Notes: a model not told the origin generated them from the sequence alone. Positions 40,424-53,504 are shown, counted from the whole stretch's first letter. The stretch: DNA of 63,643 nt, filler included, from Octopus bimaculoides (GCF_001194135.2; 4 parts of 4 records of this genome joined end to end with filler, not necessarily neighbours in it); one strand, 5' to 3'. Numbers and translations are program-made.

Positions 40424-42559
40424 GTTTAGGGTAACAAATTCCCAGCTATGATTAAAATTGATTTACTCTCTAGCCTTTGTCAAGTAATTATCGTTATTGT
40501 TGTTGTTCTTGTTTTCCTTTTTCTTCTTCTTGTTATTGTTCTTGGAGTTCAATCACCGCAGAGCAGTCCCTACCGAATAGAACTACAACCAAAGGCCTTC
40601 TATCCGTGACCATCCAATCTTTTTTGTACACGCAGCAATGTCTTCTACTATACGCCCGGGTCGTCCAATGCCTTGGTTGCTATATCAACCAGTTCATTCA
40701 ACCGCATGATGTCTTTCTCATTTGCTAGAATACGCTAACTGTAACCGTCACGTGATCATTTTATTACCCATAATCCTTTCCTCTTGCAGCAAAATAAATA
40801 AATCTGGTTACATGTACCGAAGTTGAAAATCATATTTTCCGTTCTTCTTATTTTTTAGTCTTCTTTTCTCATCTCCTCTTTCTATTCCACCTGGTCCTCT
40901 TCCTCCTCCTCCTCCTCCTCCTCCTCCTCATCATCATCATCATCATCGTCGTCCGTCGCAGTTGCAGCAGCAGCAGCAGAAGGCGTTGCAGTGTTGAATA
41001 AAATGCTTTGCATTCTTTAGCTACGCCTCTGTAAGTTCTTAGTTCAATTTCCGCCCTGATTGACTTCGTTTTCATCTCATGAAGAGGTCATATNNNNNNN
41101 NNNNNNNNNNNNNNNNNNNNNNNNNNNNNNNNNNNNNNNNNNNNNNNNNNNNNNNNNNNNNNNNNNNNNNNNNNNNNNNNNNNNNNNNNNNNNNNNNNNN
41201 NNNNNNNNNNNNNNNNNNNNNNNNNNNNNNNNNNNNNNNATATATATATATATATATATATATAATGAATGCAAGTATGTATTTACATATATAGGAATAT
41301 ATATATGTGTGGCTGTATGCATATCTGTGTTTGTGTGAGAGAGACGGACGGTAAACGAAAACAAATCTGTTGAGACGTTTCGTAAATTATTTAATTAGGT
41401 CATCTTACACGTATTTCAGTGAACTTAAAGGTCGAATTATGCAATCCGGATTAGGTAAGTTTTCTCGGTCCCCATTTCGTTAAAGATTCGTACCGAACTA
41501 GCCGGTGTTTCTTTATATAACAACAACAACATCAAGGCTAAACTCCCCTGTCTAGAAAGATGTAATAGTGCTCAAGATCAACAGCAACAAGTTACTAAAA
41601 CAAGTTCTATTGAGATTTTATTTGAAGCTGGGCATGTTTGTGCAGCGCCTACCCTACTCTCTACTCCAAACTGTGTAATCTGAACTAGTGCACCATGTGT
41701 CATTTCCTAGACAGGTGATGACACGCTAGAAAAATATAAGGAATGTAAAACCGAAGCAGATTGGTGTTGACTCTTCTTTACAGTCAAAGTTTACATCATA
41801 TGGGAAGTTCCCCTTACCGAAATCCGTCTAATTATGGTTTCTAATATAGCGCAAGGCCAGAAATTTCGAGTCGACACTAAGCTTACATGACTGATACTGT
41901 ATTGCGCCGATCTTCAAACAACGAAAGGCTAGGTTGATTTTGGAGGGGTTAGAACTCATGACGTAAGGCACCAGACTAAATAGTCCAAGACATGTTTTTC
42001 TCCGACCCCTTAACCCATTAGTGCCCCAAATTGTTTTCTTTAATTTATTACCAAAAATCTCTTTTTATATACAACTTTATCTGATAGTAGGAGGCGCAAT
42101 GGCCCGGTGGTTAGGGCATCGGACTCGTGTCGTAGGATCGCGGTTTTGATTCCCAGACCGGGCGTTGTGTGTGTTTAATGAGGGAAACCCCTAAAGCTCC
42201 ACGAGGCTCCGGTAGGGGGTGGGTGGCGAACCCTGCTGTATTCTTTCACCACAACTTTCTCTCACTCAAGTGGTACTTACTTATTTTATCGACCCTGAAT
42301 GTATAAAAGGTAAGGTCGACCTCGGCGGAATTTGAACTAAAAACATAACGACTGAGAAAATACTGCTAACGATTGTCAGCCAGCAGCCTTAAAAGATATC
42401 GACCAAGAGAAATTCGAACTGTGAACGTTAGGAACCATATATAAATATGACAAAGAGATTTTAGAGATATTCCTTCACATCGACAAGTTTGCATAATAAC
42501 AAATATTTCCCAAATAAATCGCAAACACAAACCTGACTGGAACATGCATAAAATTCAAG

Positions 42560-42850
42560 ACGCAATTATAATGCAACGCGTCAAATTATCCGCCATGTTT
42601 GAGATTTTTAAGGTCCCATCATACACAAGATATTCTTACAATTAACTTTGTCTGTGTATCGTGTATTTCTACATCTCCACGCATTATTGCTAAATGGTTG
42701 TTGAACCTATGCTTGTGTTCATTCATCCTTGTTTTTGTCCTTCTAGATTTTAAGCAATCCTCGTCACCAGACCAGCCTATAATGGTGCAGGTTTGGTCGC
42801 CGACGACTCGACTATGTAACAAGTTGTACTGGGTCACATCTTAACAGCAG
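42560..42850 (-). mobile_element. Penelope-like GIY-YIG endonuclease remnant
   Basis: TKTRMNEHKH..HLA resembles the LKTRxxEH motif of GIY-YIG domains in Penelope-like elements. Confidence 0.4.
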
Positions 42851-43744
42851 CGCTCGTAACATTCTGTTATTTGACACTCTGATGTATTGTCATTGTGCTG
42901 TACTTGTACAGATTCGGTTGTGTCACGCTTCTGGTTTTGTTCAATTTAGTTTTTGTTTCGTCTTTTGGGTCTTTTTTTTTTCCTTCTTAATCTTATAAAT
43001 TTACGCACGAGTGCTCATGCATTTCGTTGTTGTTAGCAGCTTAGTGTAAGTTCAGTTCAAAACACCAGATGGCGTTAACGGCGATTAAGGTATTCCCATT
43101 TCCTACCAAACATTAATTAAACTGTTGAATGAATTAATGAATTAGGATACATTCAAGAAATATGTAGACTCGTTTAAATTATTAGTTTGTAATTACTGCA
43201 GCAAAATTATTAGGGTGACTCCATTCTGGCTGATGAAGATTAAAAGAAACACAAATGAAATTGCTTTAAACTGAACGTAAGTCAATTGGCGAGACTAGAA
43301 TTATGGATAGCCATTGGTGTAATATTATCAAATGTGGTAAAAGTGAGGACATTTAAGGATAACAGTTGTTGTTGTCATTGTTTCCTTCCCAGATCAGCCA
43401 TGATCCAGTACGTGCATGACCTAAGGTTTTCTAGCGAAAGACTACCCCCTGTCCGCTTTTTTACATTTTTTTTTTTTCGGCTGCTTAGTATCTAGGGCTA
43501 AACTATGTAATGTGTCTTTCTTTTTTAAGAGAGTAGAATATGCTCCAAGAGAAATTTGGCTTTTATTTCTAGCAGATCGATGGACTGCTTACATGCTCCT
43601 TCGTTAACGCATGACCGAGTTTCAATGCCAAGAATTGAACTCGGGCCGCCTGTTTCAAAGCCTTCTTAATCTCTGTTGCCTATTTGTTAAATTGCTATTT
43701 AGCATTTAACTGCTACCTAGGGCTTTTACAAGGTATGTAATATC

Positions 43745-44560
43745 GGTTTCAAATATCGGTTTCAAATATGTAATGTCGGGTAAGTGGATTAGATCGACCC
43801 TAGTGCTCTACTGGGATTTACTTTACCGACCCTGAAAGAATAAAAGCAAAGTCAACCTCAGTGGAATTTGAACTCAGAACGTAAAGACGAACGAAATACC
43901 ACTGAAAATTTTAGCCAGCGTTTCAAACGATTGTGCTGGCTCGCTGCCTCACAACAGAGAATGTATATTCTTTCTACTCTAGGAACAAGGCTCGAAATTT
44001 GGTGGGAGAGGGTGCCAGTTGATTAGATCGATCCCAGTACGCAACTGGTACTTAATTTATCGACCACGAAAGGATGAAAGGCAAGGTCGACCTTGGCGGA
44101 ATTTGAACTCAGAGCGTAAAGACAAACGAAATACCACTTAGCATTTCGCCCGGCATGCTAACGTTTCTAATTTCTTTATTGCCCACAAGGGGCTAAACAT
44201 ATAAGGGACAAACAAGGACGTGCTGGTGTTTCTGCCAGCTCGCCGCCTTACGGAGTATGTATGTTCTTTTCTACTGTAGGCACAAGGCCCTAAATTTTGT
44301 GGGAGAAGGTCAGTCAATTAGATCGATCCCAGTACGCAACTGGTACTTANNNNNNNNNNAGTATGTATGTTCTTTTCTACTGTAGGCACAAGGCCCTAAA
44401 TTTTGTGGGAGAAGGTCAGTCAATTAGATCGATCCCAGTACGCAACTGGTACTTAATTTATCGACATCGAAAGGATGAAAGGCAAAGTAGACCTCGGTGG
44501 AATTTGAACTCAGAACGTAAAGACAGACGAAATACCGCTTAGCATTTCGCCCGGCGTGCT
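43745..44560 (-). mobile_element. Cluster of family-1 SINEs, including a dimer with a deleted left arm (43968-44250)
   Basis: Family-1 motifs. The duplication across the 10-N gap at 44350 is probably artefactual. Confidence 0.85.
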
Positions 44561-44733
44561 TATGAATTTGATAATACAACACAACGCCCACGGATGATCA
44601 AAGAAAGATCCTTAGTTGCTAAATACCAACCACGTCTAAATTCCTTTAGCGGAAAAAACAACAAACATCACCAACCAGACTGCAAACCATACTGGTGCCA
44701 GTGCCAGCGTTCTTGCTAGGTTATCGGCGGGCA

Positions 44734-44889
<156 letters not shown>

Positions 44890-45181
44890 GTTTTACAGGT
44901 ATGGTGTATACGAGCTTTCCGTCTTTTATTTTTGTAAACTAGAATTCACAAACACAACGTCACTCCATCTTTAAAGTTTTAATGGCGGACTGTCACTTTT
45001 GTATTTAATTCGGGTTTAAAAAATCTTGACATCTGTCAGCAGGAAACTTCTAGTACCAGAAAAGTAAAAAGATTCTGTGAAGATGAATTGTTTATCACCT
45101 TTCAGTTATTGAATACTTACTCGTCATGTTCTTCACAAATATGTACATACACATATACGTGCACACACATACATACATACA

Positions 45182-45274
<93 letters not shown>

Positions 45275-45493
45275 NNNNNNNNNNAAAAACAGTTCATCTT
45301 CTCTTTGGTGGTCAAAACATGTCTGGAGTTTTCTCGTTGAAGTTTCCTTTAAATACAGTTTGGTATAGAGTTCAATGTATTAGAGAAAAAGAGGGGGGTG
45401 TAGTTGTCTATTGTCTAAAAACATCTCTTCTTGGTCCCTGCCAAGGGAGTGGCTTAAAAGCATTTATGGAATAGGTTTATGTTCAGTTCTGTG

Positions 45494-45571
<78 letters not shown>

Positions 45572-45743
45572 TGTGTGTGTGTATTGAGTTGAATGTCCTA
45601 TCAATATGTTTGGAATATGACCAGCTGTGTGTTAAGGGGTGTGCATGTTGTGGTGAATGTCATGTTAGAAAAAAAATTAAGATCTTCATTCTTTCTGGTG
45701 TGCGTGGGCTTCCTTTTGTGTGTATGTGTGTGTATGTGCAAGG

Positions 45744-45871
<128 letters not shown>

Positions 45872-45984
45872 TTATTTATTTATGTGTTTCAGCCAAGTGG
45901 CTGCGGTCATGCTGGTGCACCAATATACATTGGAAGAAAGATTAAAGAATTTATGCGAAGTATTTTCCAAATCAATAGCATTCT

Positions 45985-46237
45985 TTTATTCTTTTACTTG
46001 TTTCAGTCATTTGACTGCGGCCATGCTGGAGCACCGCCTTTTTAGTCGAACAAATCGACACCGGGACTTATTCTTTGTAAGCCTATTACTTATTCTATCG
46101 GTCTCTTTTTGCCGAACCGCTAGCTGACGGGGACGTAAACATGCCAACACCAGTGGCCAAGCAGTAGTGTTACATATATATATACGTGTACATATATGTA
46201 ACACTATGTATGTGTGTTTGTGTGTGTGAGTGTGCAA

Positions 46238-46288
<51 letters not shown>

Positions 46289-46520
46289 CATGTTTTTTAT
46301 TCTTTTACTTGTTTCACTCATTTGACTGCGGCCATGCTAGAGCACCGTCTTTACTCGAACAGATCGGCACCAGGACTTATTCCTTGTAACCCAAGTACTT
46401 ATTCTATCGGTCTCTTTTGTCGAACCGCTTAGTGATTGTGACGTAAACACACCAACATCGGTCGTCAAATGATGCTGGAGGGACAAACACAGACACACAA
46501 ATACTTACATACATACATAN
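45985..46520 (-). mobile_element. Two tandem family-2 SINE 3' halves with microsatellites
   Basis: CTTGTTTCAGTCATTTGACTGCGGCCATGCTGGAGCACCG motif twice. Confidence 0.85.
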
Positions 46521-47223
46521 NNNNNNNNNNNNNNNNNNNNNNNNNNNNNNNNNNNNNNNNNNNNNNNNNNNNNNNNNNNNNNNNNNNNNNNNNNNNNNNN
46601 NNNNNNNNNNNNNNNNNNNNNNNNNNNNNNNNNNNNNNNNNNNNNNNNNNNNNNNNNNNNNNNNNNNNNNNNNNNNNNNNNNNNNNNNNNNNNNNNNNNN
46701 NNNNNNNNNNNNNNNNNNNNNNNNNNNNNNNNNNNNNNNNNNNNNNNNNNNNNNNNNNNNNNNNNNNNNNNNNNNNNNNNNNNNNNNNNNNNNNNNNNNN
46801 NNNNNNNNNNNNNNNNNNNNNNNNNNNNNNNNNNNNNNNNNNNNNNNNNNNNNNNNNNNNNNNNNNNNNNNNNNNNNNNNNNNNNNNNNNNNNNNNNNNN
46901 NNNNNNNNNNNNNNNNNNNNNNNNNNNNNNNNNNNNNNNNNNNNNNNNNNNNNNNNNNNNNNNNNNNNNNNNNNNNNNNNNNNNNNNNNNNNNNNNNNNN
47001 NNNNNNNNNNNNNNNNNNNNNNNNNNNNNNNNNNNNNNNNNNNNNNNNNNNNNNNNNNNNNNNNNNNNNNNNNNNNNNNNNNNNNNNNNNNNNNNNNNNN
47101 NNNNNNNNNATTAATTTTTTCAAGACATATTTACTTGTTGCAATAGACTTTTTCTAATCAATATTTGTGAAAGAGAAAAAAACGCTTTAATAGCCTACAA
47201 ATTGAAAATTTTGTTAATTGCAG

Positions 47224-47491
47224 AAAAATTATCACGCAATGTTTCAGCGTAGACATAGGCCTTGCAGGTAAGATGTAATTTTGTAATTATGTTATTACTC
47301 TGTTTTTAATGAAAACTTCGTTCTCAAAAAAAGAAAACAAAAACGATTTCCATGATTTTACCTGGTTTATACGTGCAGTTTCAAATTATTTTAATTCTTA
47401 GTTCGGTATTTTCTTCTTTTTTCTTTTTTTTTTTTTTTTCAGAGTGACACCTTGAGCCACATAGAAGTCATGTTGAGTTGTTCACGAAAAG
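47224..47491 (+). other. Two candidate short exons (47224-47267, 47443-47491) around a 175-nt intron
   Basis: CAG|GTAAGA donor at 47268, long T tract with TTCAG acceptor at 47442, weaker AAG|GTAGAT donor. Confidence 0.3.
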
Positions 47492-48316
47492 GTAGATGTA
47501 CGCCAATGAATAACTTAGCCAGTAAGAAACCTTGTGATTTATTAATCGTCACTGTAAACGTCAGAATAATTCAAATAGATTGATATCGTTCCCTCGCTAA
47601 CACACACACACACACACACACAGAAGGAGAGAGAGAGAGAGCAATTCAATAGCAAAAAAAAAATCACATACAAAATACAGCAAAAATCCGAGGAATATTC
47701 AATTAAAATTATAAGGTTGACGCACAAAAAAGAAAAATGTTATAAACTAAAGTAGTCCTAGTTTACAAGTATAACGTTTCGGACATAATCTTTTGTCAAA
47801 AAAGTTAAGGAGTTTACCGAAAAACCAACTAAAGCTTGATTGAAGTATTTCTGTAACCCTCTGTATTTGACACACACACACATATACAAGCTAAATTGTT
47901 GGAGTAGCCATGATATTCTGGTGATCTGATGAACTAGTTTTCTTTATTTAACATGCTTTAGGAATATACAGCTGCATTAAAATGCTTGCCGAGTATGCAA
48001 ATTAGTGCAAACATGTAAGCATAATTTCTTCCATACTGAAATTTATAGTACATGAAAGACGTTGCGAAACGGCCGTAATCCATGGTCAAGTGAATATATA
48101 TTCACTATTCATACTCACTGAATTTCATGGTTTATATACTCATGAAATGATTTCATCGATCGAATCTTGTGGATTGCAGCTGCATGGATACTCTCTACAT
48201 TACACTTCTCTGCATTGGACGAATATGTGGGCTGATAGCCGAAAAAGTAAGAGGAGCTTTCTACGATAGCCACACGATTCTATTAATTCATATCTTATAC
48301 ATCGATGTCTAAGTCG

Positions 48317-48640
48317 ACGAGCTGGCAGAATCGTTTGCACGCCGGGCGAATTGTTTGGTGGCATTTCGTCTGTCTTCTTGCTCTGGATTCAAATTCCGCC
48401 GAGGTTGACTTTACATTTCATTTTGTCGTGGTCGATAAAATAAGTACCAGTTGAGTACTGGGATCGATGTAATCGACTTGCCCATCCCCCGAAATTGTTG
48501 ACCTTATGCCTGTGAGCTGGCAGAATCGTTAGCACGCCGGACAAAATGCTTTGCAGCGTTTAAACTGACTTTACGTTCAGAGTTCAAATTCCGCCAAGGT
48601 TGACTTCGCCTTTTTTTCTTTTGGGTTGAGATCGATGTTA
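48317..48640 (+). mobile_element. Two adjacent family-1 SINEs
   Basis: GAGCTGGCAGAATCG head and GAGTTCAAATTCC-like B box occur twice. Confidence 0.85.
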
Positions 48641-48833
48641 TAGACTTTAAAAAATGGTTAAGAACCAGATTCGATTCATTCGATTAGAATTCTTCAAGAC
48701 GATGCCCCAGCATGGCCGCGGTCTCACGACTGAAATAGGTAAAAGAATACTGAGTAGACATGTCAACATTTTACCAACGATATTCAAATGAGGGGGAAAA
48801 ATGAAAGCAAATATACGTTCAAACATATGCGCT

Positions 48834-49004
48834 GGAATGGCTGTGGTGAGAAACTTGCTTCCCAACCACATGGTTCCAGGTTCAGTCCCACTGCGTAGCA
48901 CCTTGGGCAAGCGACTTCTATTATAACCCTAGCGTAACAAAAGCTTTGTGAGTGGATTTGATAGACGGAAACTGAAAGAATCCTGTCGTATATAGAAATA
49001 AATA

Positions 49005-49073
<69 letters not shown>

Positions 49074-49221
49074 TTGTGAATGTGTGTGTTTTTATGTATC
49101 GGTGTTAGCGGTTCGGCAAAATAGACTAGGCTTACAAAGAATAAGTCCTGGGGTTGATTTGTCCGACTAAAGGCGGTGCTCCAGCATGGCCACAGTGAAA
49201 TGACTGAAGCGAATAAAAGAA
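48834..49221 (+). mobile_element. Full-length family-2 SINE (tRNA head, CORE-like segment, internal microsatellite, 3' domain)
   Basis: TGGCTGTGGTGAG A-box-like, GGTTCAGTCCC B-box-like, CACCTTGGGCAAG, (TG)n(TCTG)n, ATGACTGAAGCGAATAAAAG. Confidence 0.88.
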
Positions 49222-49321
49222 TTTTTAAAAAATAAATAGTAAATAATAGACATCTACAATAAGGCACAAGGTAAAATAACAAAGAAACTATGCGGGGTGA
49301 AAACCGCTGTAAAATATTTAC

Positions 49322-49395
49322 CCTTCATTGCAAATCTTATTACGAAAGATTCTGAGACGTGTATCCGAGAAGTCGATATATAGAGTTAAGGGTTA
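49322..49395 (-). other. Candidate 74-nt minus-strand 5'-UTR/start exon ending ATG AAG G
   Basis: About 90-nt polypyrimidine tract with CTGCAG acceptor, AAGG|GTAAAT donor. All frames closed before the terminal ATG. Confidence 0.3.
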
Positions 49396-49984
49396 CTGCA
49401 GAGCAGGAGACAGAAAGTTAGAAAGAGCGAGAGAAAGAGGGAGGGAAAACGGGGAGAGTTAGAGAAAGACAGAGGCATAGATAGAGAGCGTCAAAGTCAG
49501 AAAGACAAGGGTTAGAAGCAGTAAGGGTATTTTTTTCTTTTTTTTTTCCTTTGTGCTTCTTTTTTTTTTTTTTTGCAGGGCTCGTGTAAGATGCGTGTGT
49601 TCGTGTTACTTAGCTATGCAACTCATTAACGAGGGTGGGGCTTTTAGCCCTCCATATCACACAGCAACAGAGAGAGAAAACTAGTTGAAATACTACGTAC
49701 AGTTCGCTAATTTAAAAACCAGCGCAATATGCCTTCGTAAGGTCTTTCCTGCTTTCCACTGGTCTTTTTTCTCTTTTTCTTTTAACATTTTTCTTGGGTT
49801 TTATTTTGGGGGGAGAGGGGGAATTGTGTTTTGTATTTGGTGAGATTTTGTATTAATTTTCTTCATGTTTTTTTTTTAGTTTTCGTCGTGGCCTATATAT
49901 TACTAGACATGCACACATGCCTGTGCATGTAAAGAGAAGTGGTAAGAGTGAGTAGAGTGTGAAGAGGGAGCGAAGGGACAACTA

Positions 49985-50056
49985 GGCAGCCATGTTGAGC
50001 CCATGTCGCGTCGGTCCTGACCTTATATCATGCCGCCATTTCTTTAAACATGGCCT
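49985..50056. promoter_or_regulatory. Cluster of three YY1-like ANATGGC motifs
   Basis: GCAGCCATGTT (49986-49996, minus), GCCGCCATTT (50032-50041, minus), AAACATGGC (50046-50054, plus) in a locally GC/CpG-richer unique segment. Confidence 0.35.
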
Positions 50057-50885
50057 GCATACATACGCTTACATTTAAAATCAGCCGTCGCTACCCCCAC
50101 ATCCACACTGTAGCTGTGTGCGTGTGTGTGTGTGCGTGTATATGTGTGTGTATGCGTGTGTGTACATGTGTGTATGTCTGTGCGTGTGATTGTTTATGTA
50201 AACATGTATGCATGTGAATTAGTGTCCATGTGTACATGTGTGTATGCATGTATGTATATGTGCGTGAATGTGTGTGTGTGTACGTGCATGTCTGTGTAAT
50301 TGTTAATGTAAGCTTGTATGTATGTGAATCAGTGTCTGCATGTATGTGTGTGTGAATGTATGTGTGTGTGAATGTATGTATATGCGTGCGTGTATATATG
50401 CGTAATGTGTGTACGTGCATGCGTGTGTGAGTGTGTATGTTTGTGTATGAATGTGTGTGTGTGTGTGTGATTNNNNNNNNNNNNNNNNNNNNNNNNNNNN
50501 NNNNNNNNNNNNNNNNNNNNNNNNNNNNNNNNNNNNNNNNNNNNNNNNNNNNNNNNNNNNNNNNNNNNNNNNNNNNNNNNNNNNNNNNNNNNNNNNNNNN
50601 NNNNNNNNNNNNNNNNNNNNNNNNNNNNNNNNNNNNNNNNNNNNNNNNNNNNNNNNNNNNNNNNNNNNNNNNNNNNNNNNNNNNNNNNNNNNNNNNNNNN
50701 NNNNNNNNNNNNNNNNNNNNNNNNNNNNNNNNNNNNNNNNNNNNNNNNNNNNNNNNNNNNNNNNNNNNNNNNNNNNNNNNNNNNNNNNNNNNNNNNNNNN
50801 NNNNNNNNNNNNNNNNNNNNNNNNNNNNNNNNNNNNNNNNNNNNNNNNNNNNNNNNNNNNNNNNNNNNNNNNNNNNNNNNNNNNN

Positions 50886-50922
<37 letters not shown>

Positions 50923-51711
50923 TATATACATATACATATACATACATATATCTATACATAACATACATACGTACATACATACATGCATACACACATACAT
51001 ACATACATACTTACATATATATACGTATACATATAAATGTGTGCGTATGCAAACATGCTTATAGGCAGACGGATATACATACAAACATTCACATAATGTT
51101 GGTACACACGCGCGCACACGCACATACAGACAGGCAGACATAAATGCAGACAGGCAAACATGCACCCCGTTACAGTGAGAATTATATCATGGGCTTGTTT
51201 CCGCTCACTGATTTATGTTCTCACTTCACATTTTTCCGAAGGTTAATTCGAATAGGAGTCACAAGGTGACTAGAATATTATTCAGTCTTCTTTCTTCTCT
51301 TTCATGAGTTCAAATCCTGTTGAGGCCACCTTTATATTTCACACCTCCACGATAGATTCAATAAATTGTATCCATTCCAACAACGTCTTTTAATGTGAAG
51401 GCACGTGGCCTGGTGGTTATGTGAGATGCACCCAAGATCATTGTTTCGACTTCCGCAGAGAGCAAAGCATTTTATTTCACTTTGCTTCAATTCCATCCAG
51501 CTGTAAATGAGTAATTTTGAGTAACATCTGCTACCCTATTCAGGGGGAACGTCATGATCCCTTTACACGCCGAGGAAACCGATTAACGAGTCCCAAGACT
51601 CAAGCTATCACTTATTTACTACGCATTTCTAGTTTTGTCTCTTAACCACTACGCCATATAATAATGATAATAATAATAATAACAACAACAATAACAATAA
51701 TAATGATGATG

Positions 51712-51741
<30 letters not shown>

Positions 51742-51747
<6 letters not shown>

Positions 51748-51975
51748 TCGAAAAATACCTTAGGAATGAGAACTCAGGTTCGAAATTTCCCCAAGACACT
51801 TAATGATGGCTGGAGNNNNNNNNNNATAACATCGAAAAATACCTTAGGAATGAGAACTCAGGTTCGAAATTTCCCCAAGACACTTAATGATGGCTGGAGG
51901 GTATATCAGCTGAAATGTTGTGTTAACAACAAACAAGATGAGGACAAATATCCGTCAAATGTAAATATTGTAAAT
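51742..51975 (+). mobile_element. Penelope-like terminal repeat with a degenerate minimal hammerhead ribozyme (51881-51922)
   Basis: CAC-TTAATGA-T-GGCTG[loop]CAGCT-GAAA-TGTT-GTG has hammerhead topology with a mutated core. Follows (TAA)n. Confidence 0.55.
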
Positions 51976-52099
51976 GATATCCTTTCAATTGTTTACATAT
52001 TTTTAAGCAAATCCCCTGTCTTTTGTCTCCGTATTGTCCTAAATGCTCTTTGCGAACCTCGTAACCAATAAAGAATGCATTGTTATAGCTATTGTTGCT

Positions 52100-53010
52100 T
52101 AAGGTGGCGAGCTGGCAGAATCGTTGTCACGCTGGACGAAATGCTTAGCGGTGTTTTATCCGTCGCTACGTTCTGAGTTCGAATTCCGCCGAGGTCGACT
52201 TTGCCTTTTACCTTTTCGGGGTCGATAAATTAAGTACCAGTGGAACACTGGGATCGATGTAATCGACTAGTGCCCCCCCCTCCCATACCATACCAAATTT
52301 CAGGCCTTGTGCCTTTAGTAAAAAACATTATTAGAAGAATCGTTAGCACGCCGGGCAATATGCGTAGTGACGTTTCGTCCGTCTTTACGCTCTGAGTTCA
52401 ACTTCCACCGCGGTGGACTTTGCCTTTCATCCTTTCGGATTCGATAAAATAAGTAACAGTTTAGTACCGGAGTCGATATAATCGATTTACCCATAAAATT
52501 GCCGGTGTTGTGCCAAAATTGGAAACTTATAATTGACCGGGTGGTGAGTGGTGTTCTTGAGAAAAGCATTTCATTTGACGTTGCTCTGCGATCGCTTCGA
52601 CACACCTGACGTGTGGCACACCTGTTCACGCAACATCGATTTGATCACCTTAAGCAAATCATTTGTGCAGATCATTCGGCAAAAATTTGAACACTCATAC
52701 GTCGTCCTCGGCGAGAGAGTCGATCATCATCATCAACATCATCGTCGTCGTCGTCATCATCATCATCATCATCTTCATCATCTTCATCATCATTAAGGCG
52801 GCGAGCTGTCAGAATCGTTAGCACGCCAGGCGAAATACTTAGCGGCATTTCGTCCGTCTTTACGTTCTGACTTCAAATTCCGCCGTGGTCGACTTCGCCT
52901 TTTATCATTTCGGGGGTCAACGCAATAAATACCAGTTGTGTACTGGGGGTTGATACAATCGACTGTACCCATCCCCAAAAATTTCAGGCCTTCTGCCTTT
53001 AGTAGAAAAG
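52100..53010 (+). mobile_element. Three family-1 SINEs interleaved with a CORE-like fragment
   Basis: Copies at about 52100-52320, 52335-52530 and 52795-53010. Confidence 0.85.
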
Positions 53011-53082
53011 ATTATTATTAATTATTTTTTTATAGTTGTTTTGCAAGATTTTTGATGTGAAATCGTGTGTTGAAACAGATGC

Positions 53083-53237
53083 TGTTGTACTTGGGGATGG
53101 TCATATTGCCAGTTTAGCCAATAAAAACACACGCACTGTATATTTGGTGTTAATTTGCTTCAGCTTTATATTACATTATATTACATTAATCCTGTTTCGG
53201 CCAAAGTTCTTTCGTCACACTTCTGTGAGCTCATCAG
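53083..53237 (-). mobile_element. Penelope-like terminal repeat, inverted copy, with hammerhead-like core
   Basis: Near-identical reverse complement of 53461-53615. Minus strand reads CTGATGAGCTCACAGAAGTGTGACGAAAG. Confidence 0.6.
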
Positions 53238-53454
53238 GGCCGAAGTGATCGCAGAGCAACGTCAAATGAAATGCTTTGCTCAAGAACACCACTCACCACC
53301 CGGTCAATAAAAACAGTTTCCAATTTTGGCACAAGACCGGCAATTTTATAGGTAAATCGATTATATCGACTCAGGTACTAAACTGGTATATGTATGTATA
53401 CAAAATGGCTGATAGTTAGCAAGGTGAGACACACATAAGAAAGAAGAAAGCAAA

Positions 53455-53504
53455 GGACCACTGATGAGGTCACAGAAGTGTGACGAAAGAACTTTGGCCG
53501 AAAC
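53455..53504 (+). ncRNA. Hammerhead-ribozyme-like fold in a Penelope-like terminus (element about 53390-53615)
   Basis: CCA-CTGATGA-G-GTCACA(GAAG)TGTGAC-GAAA-GAACTT-TGG: intact core, perfect 6-bp stem II, 3-bp stem I, minimal stem III. Confidence 0.5.

Noticed and set aside
42091-42165. tRNA-like A/B boxes
   Set aside because: No cloverleaf, and it continues into SINE body sequence, so it is a SINE head and not a tRNA gene.
44256-44450. Exact tandem duplications across 10-N gaps (also 51742-51900)
   Set aside because: Identical sequence on both sides of a minimal gap is typical of unmerged contig overlap.
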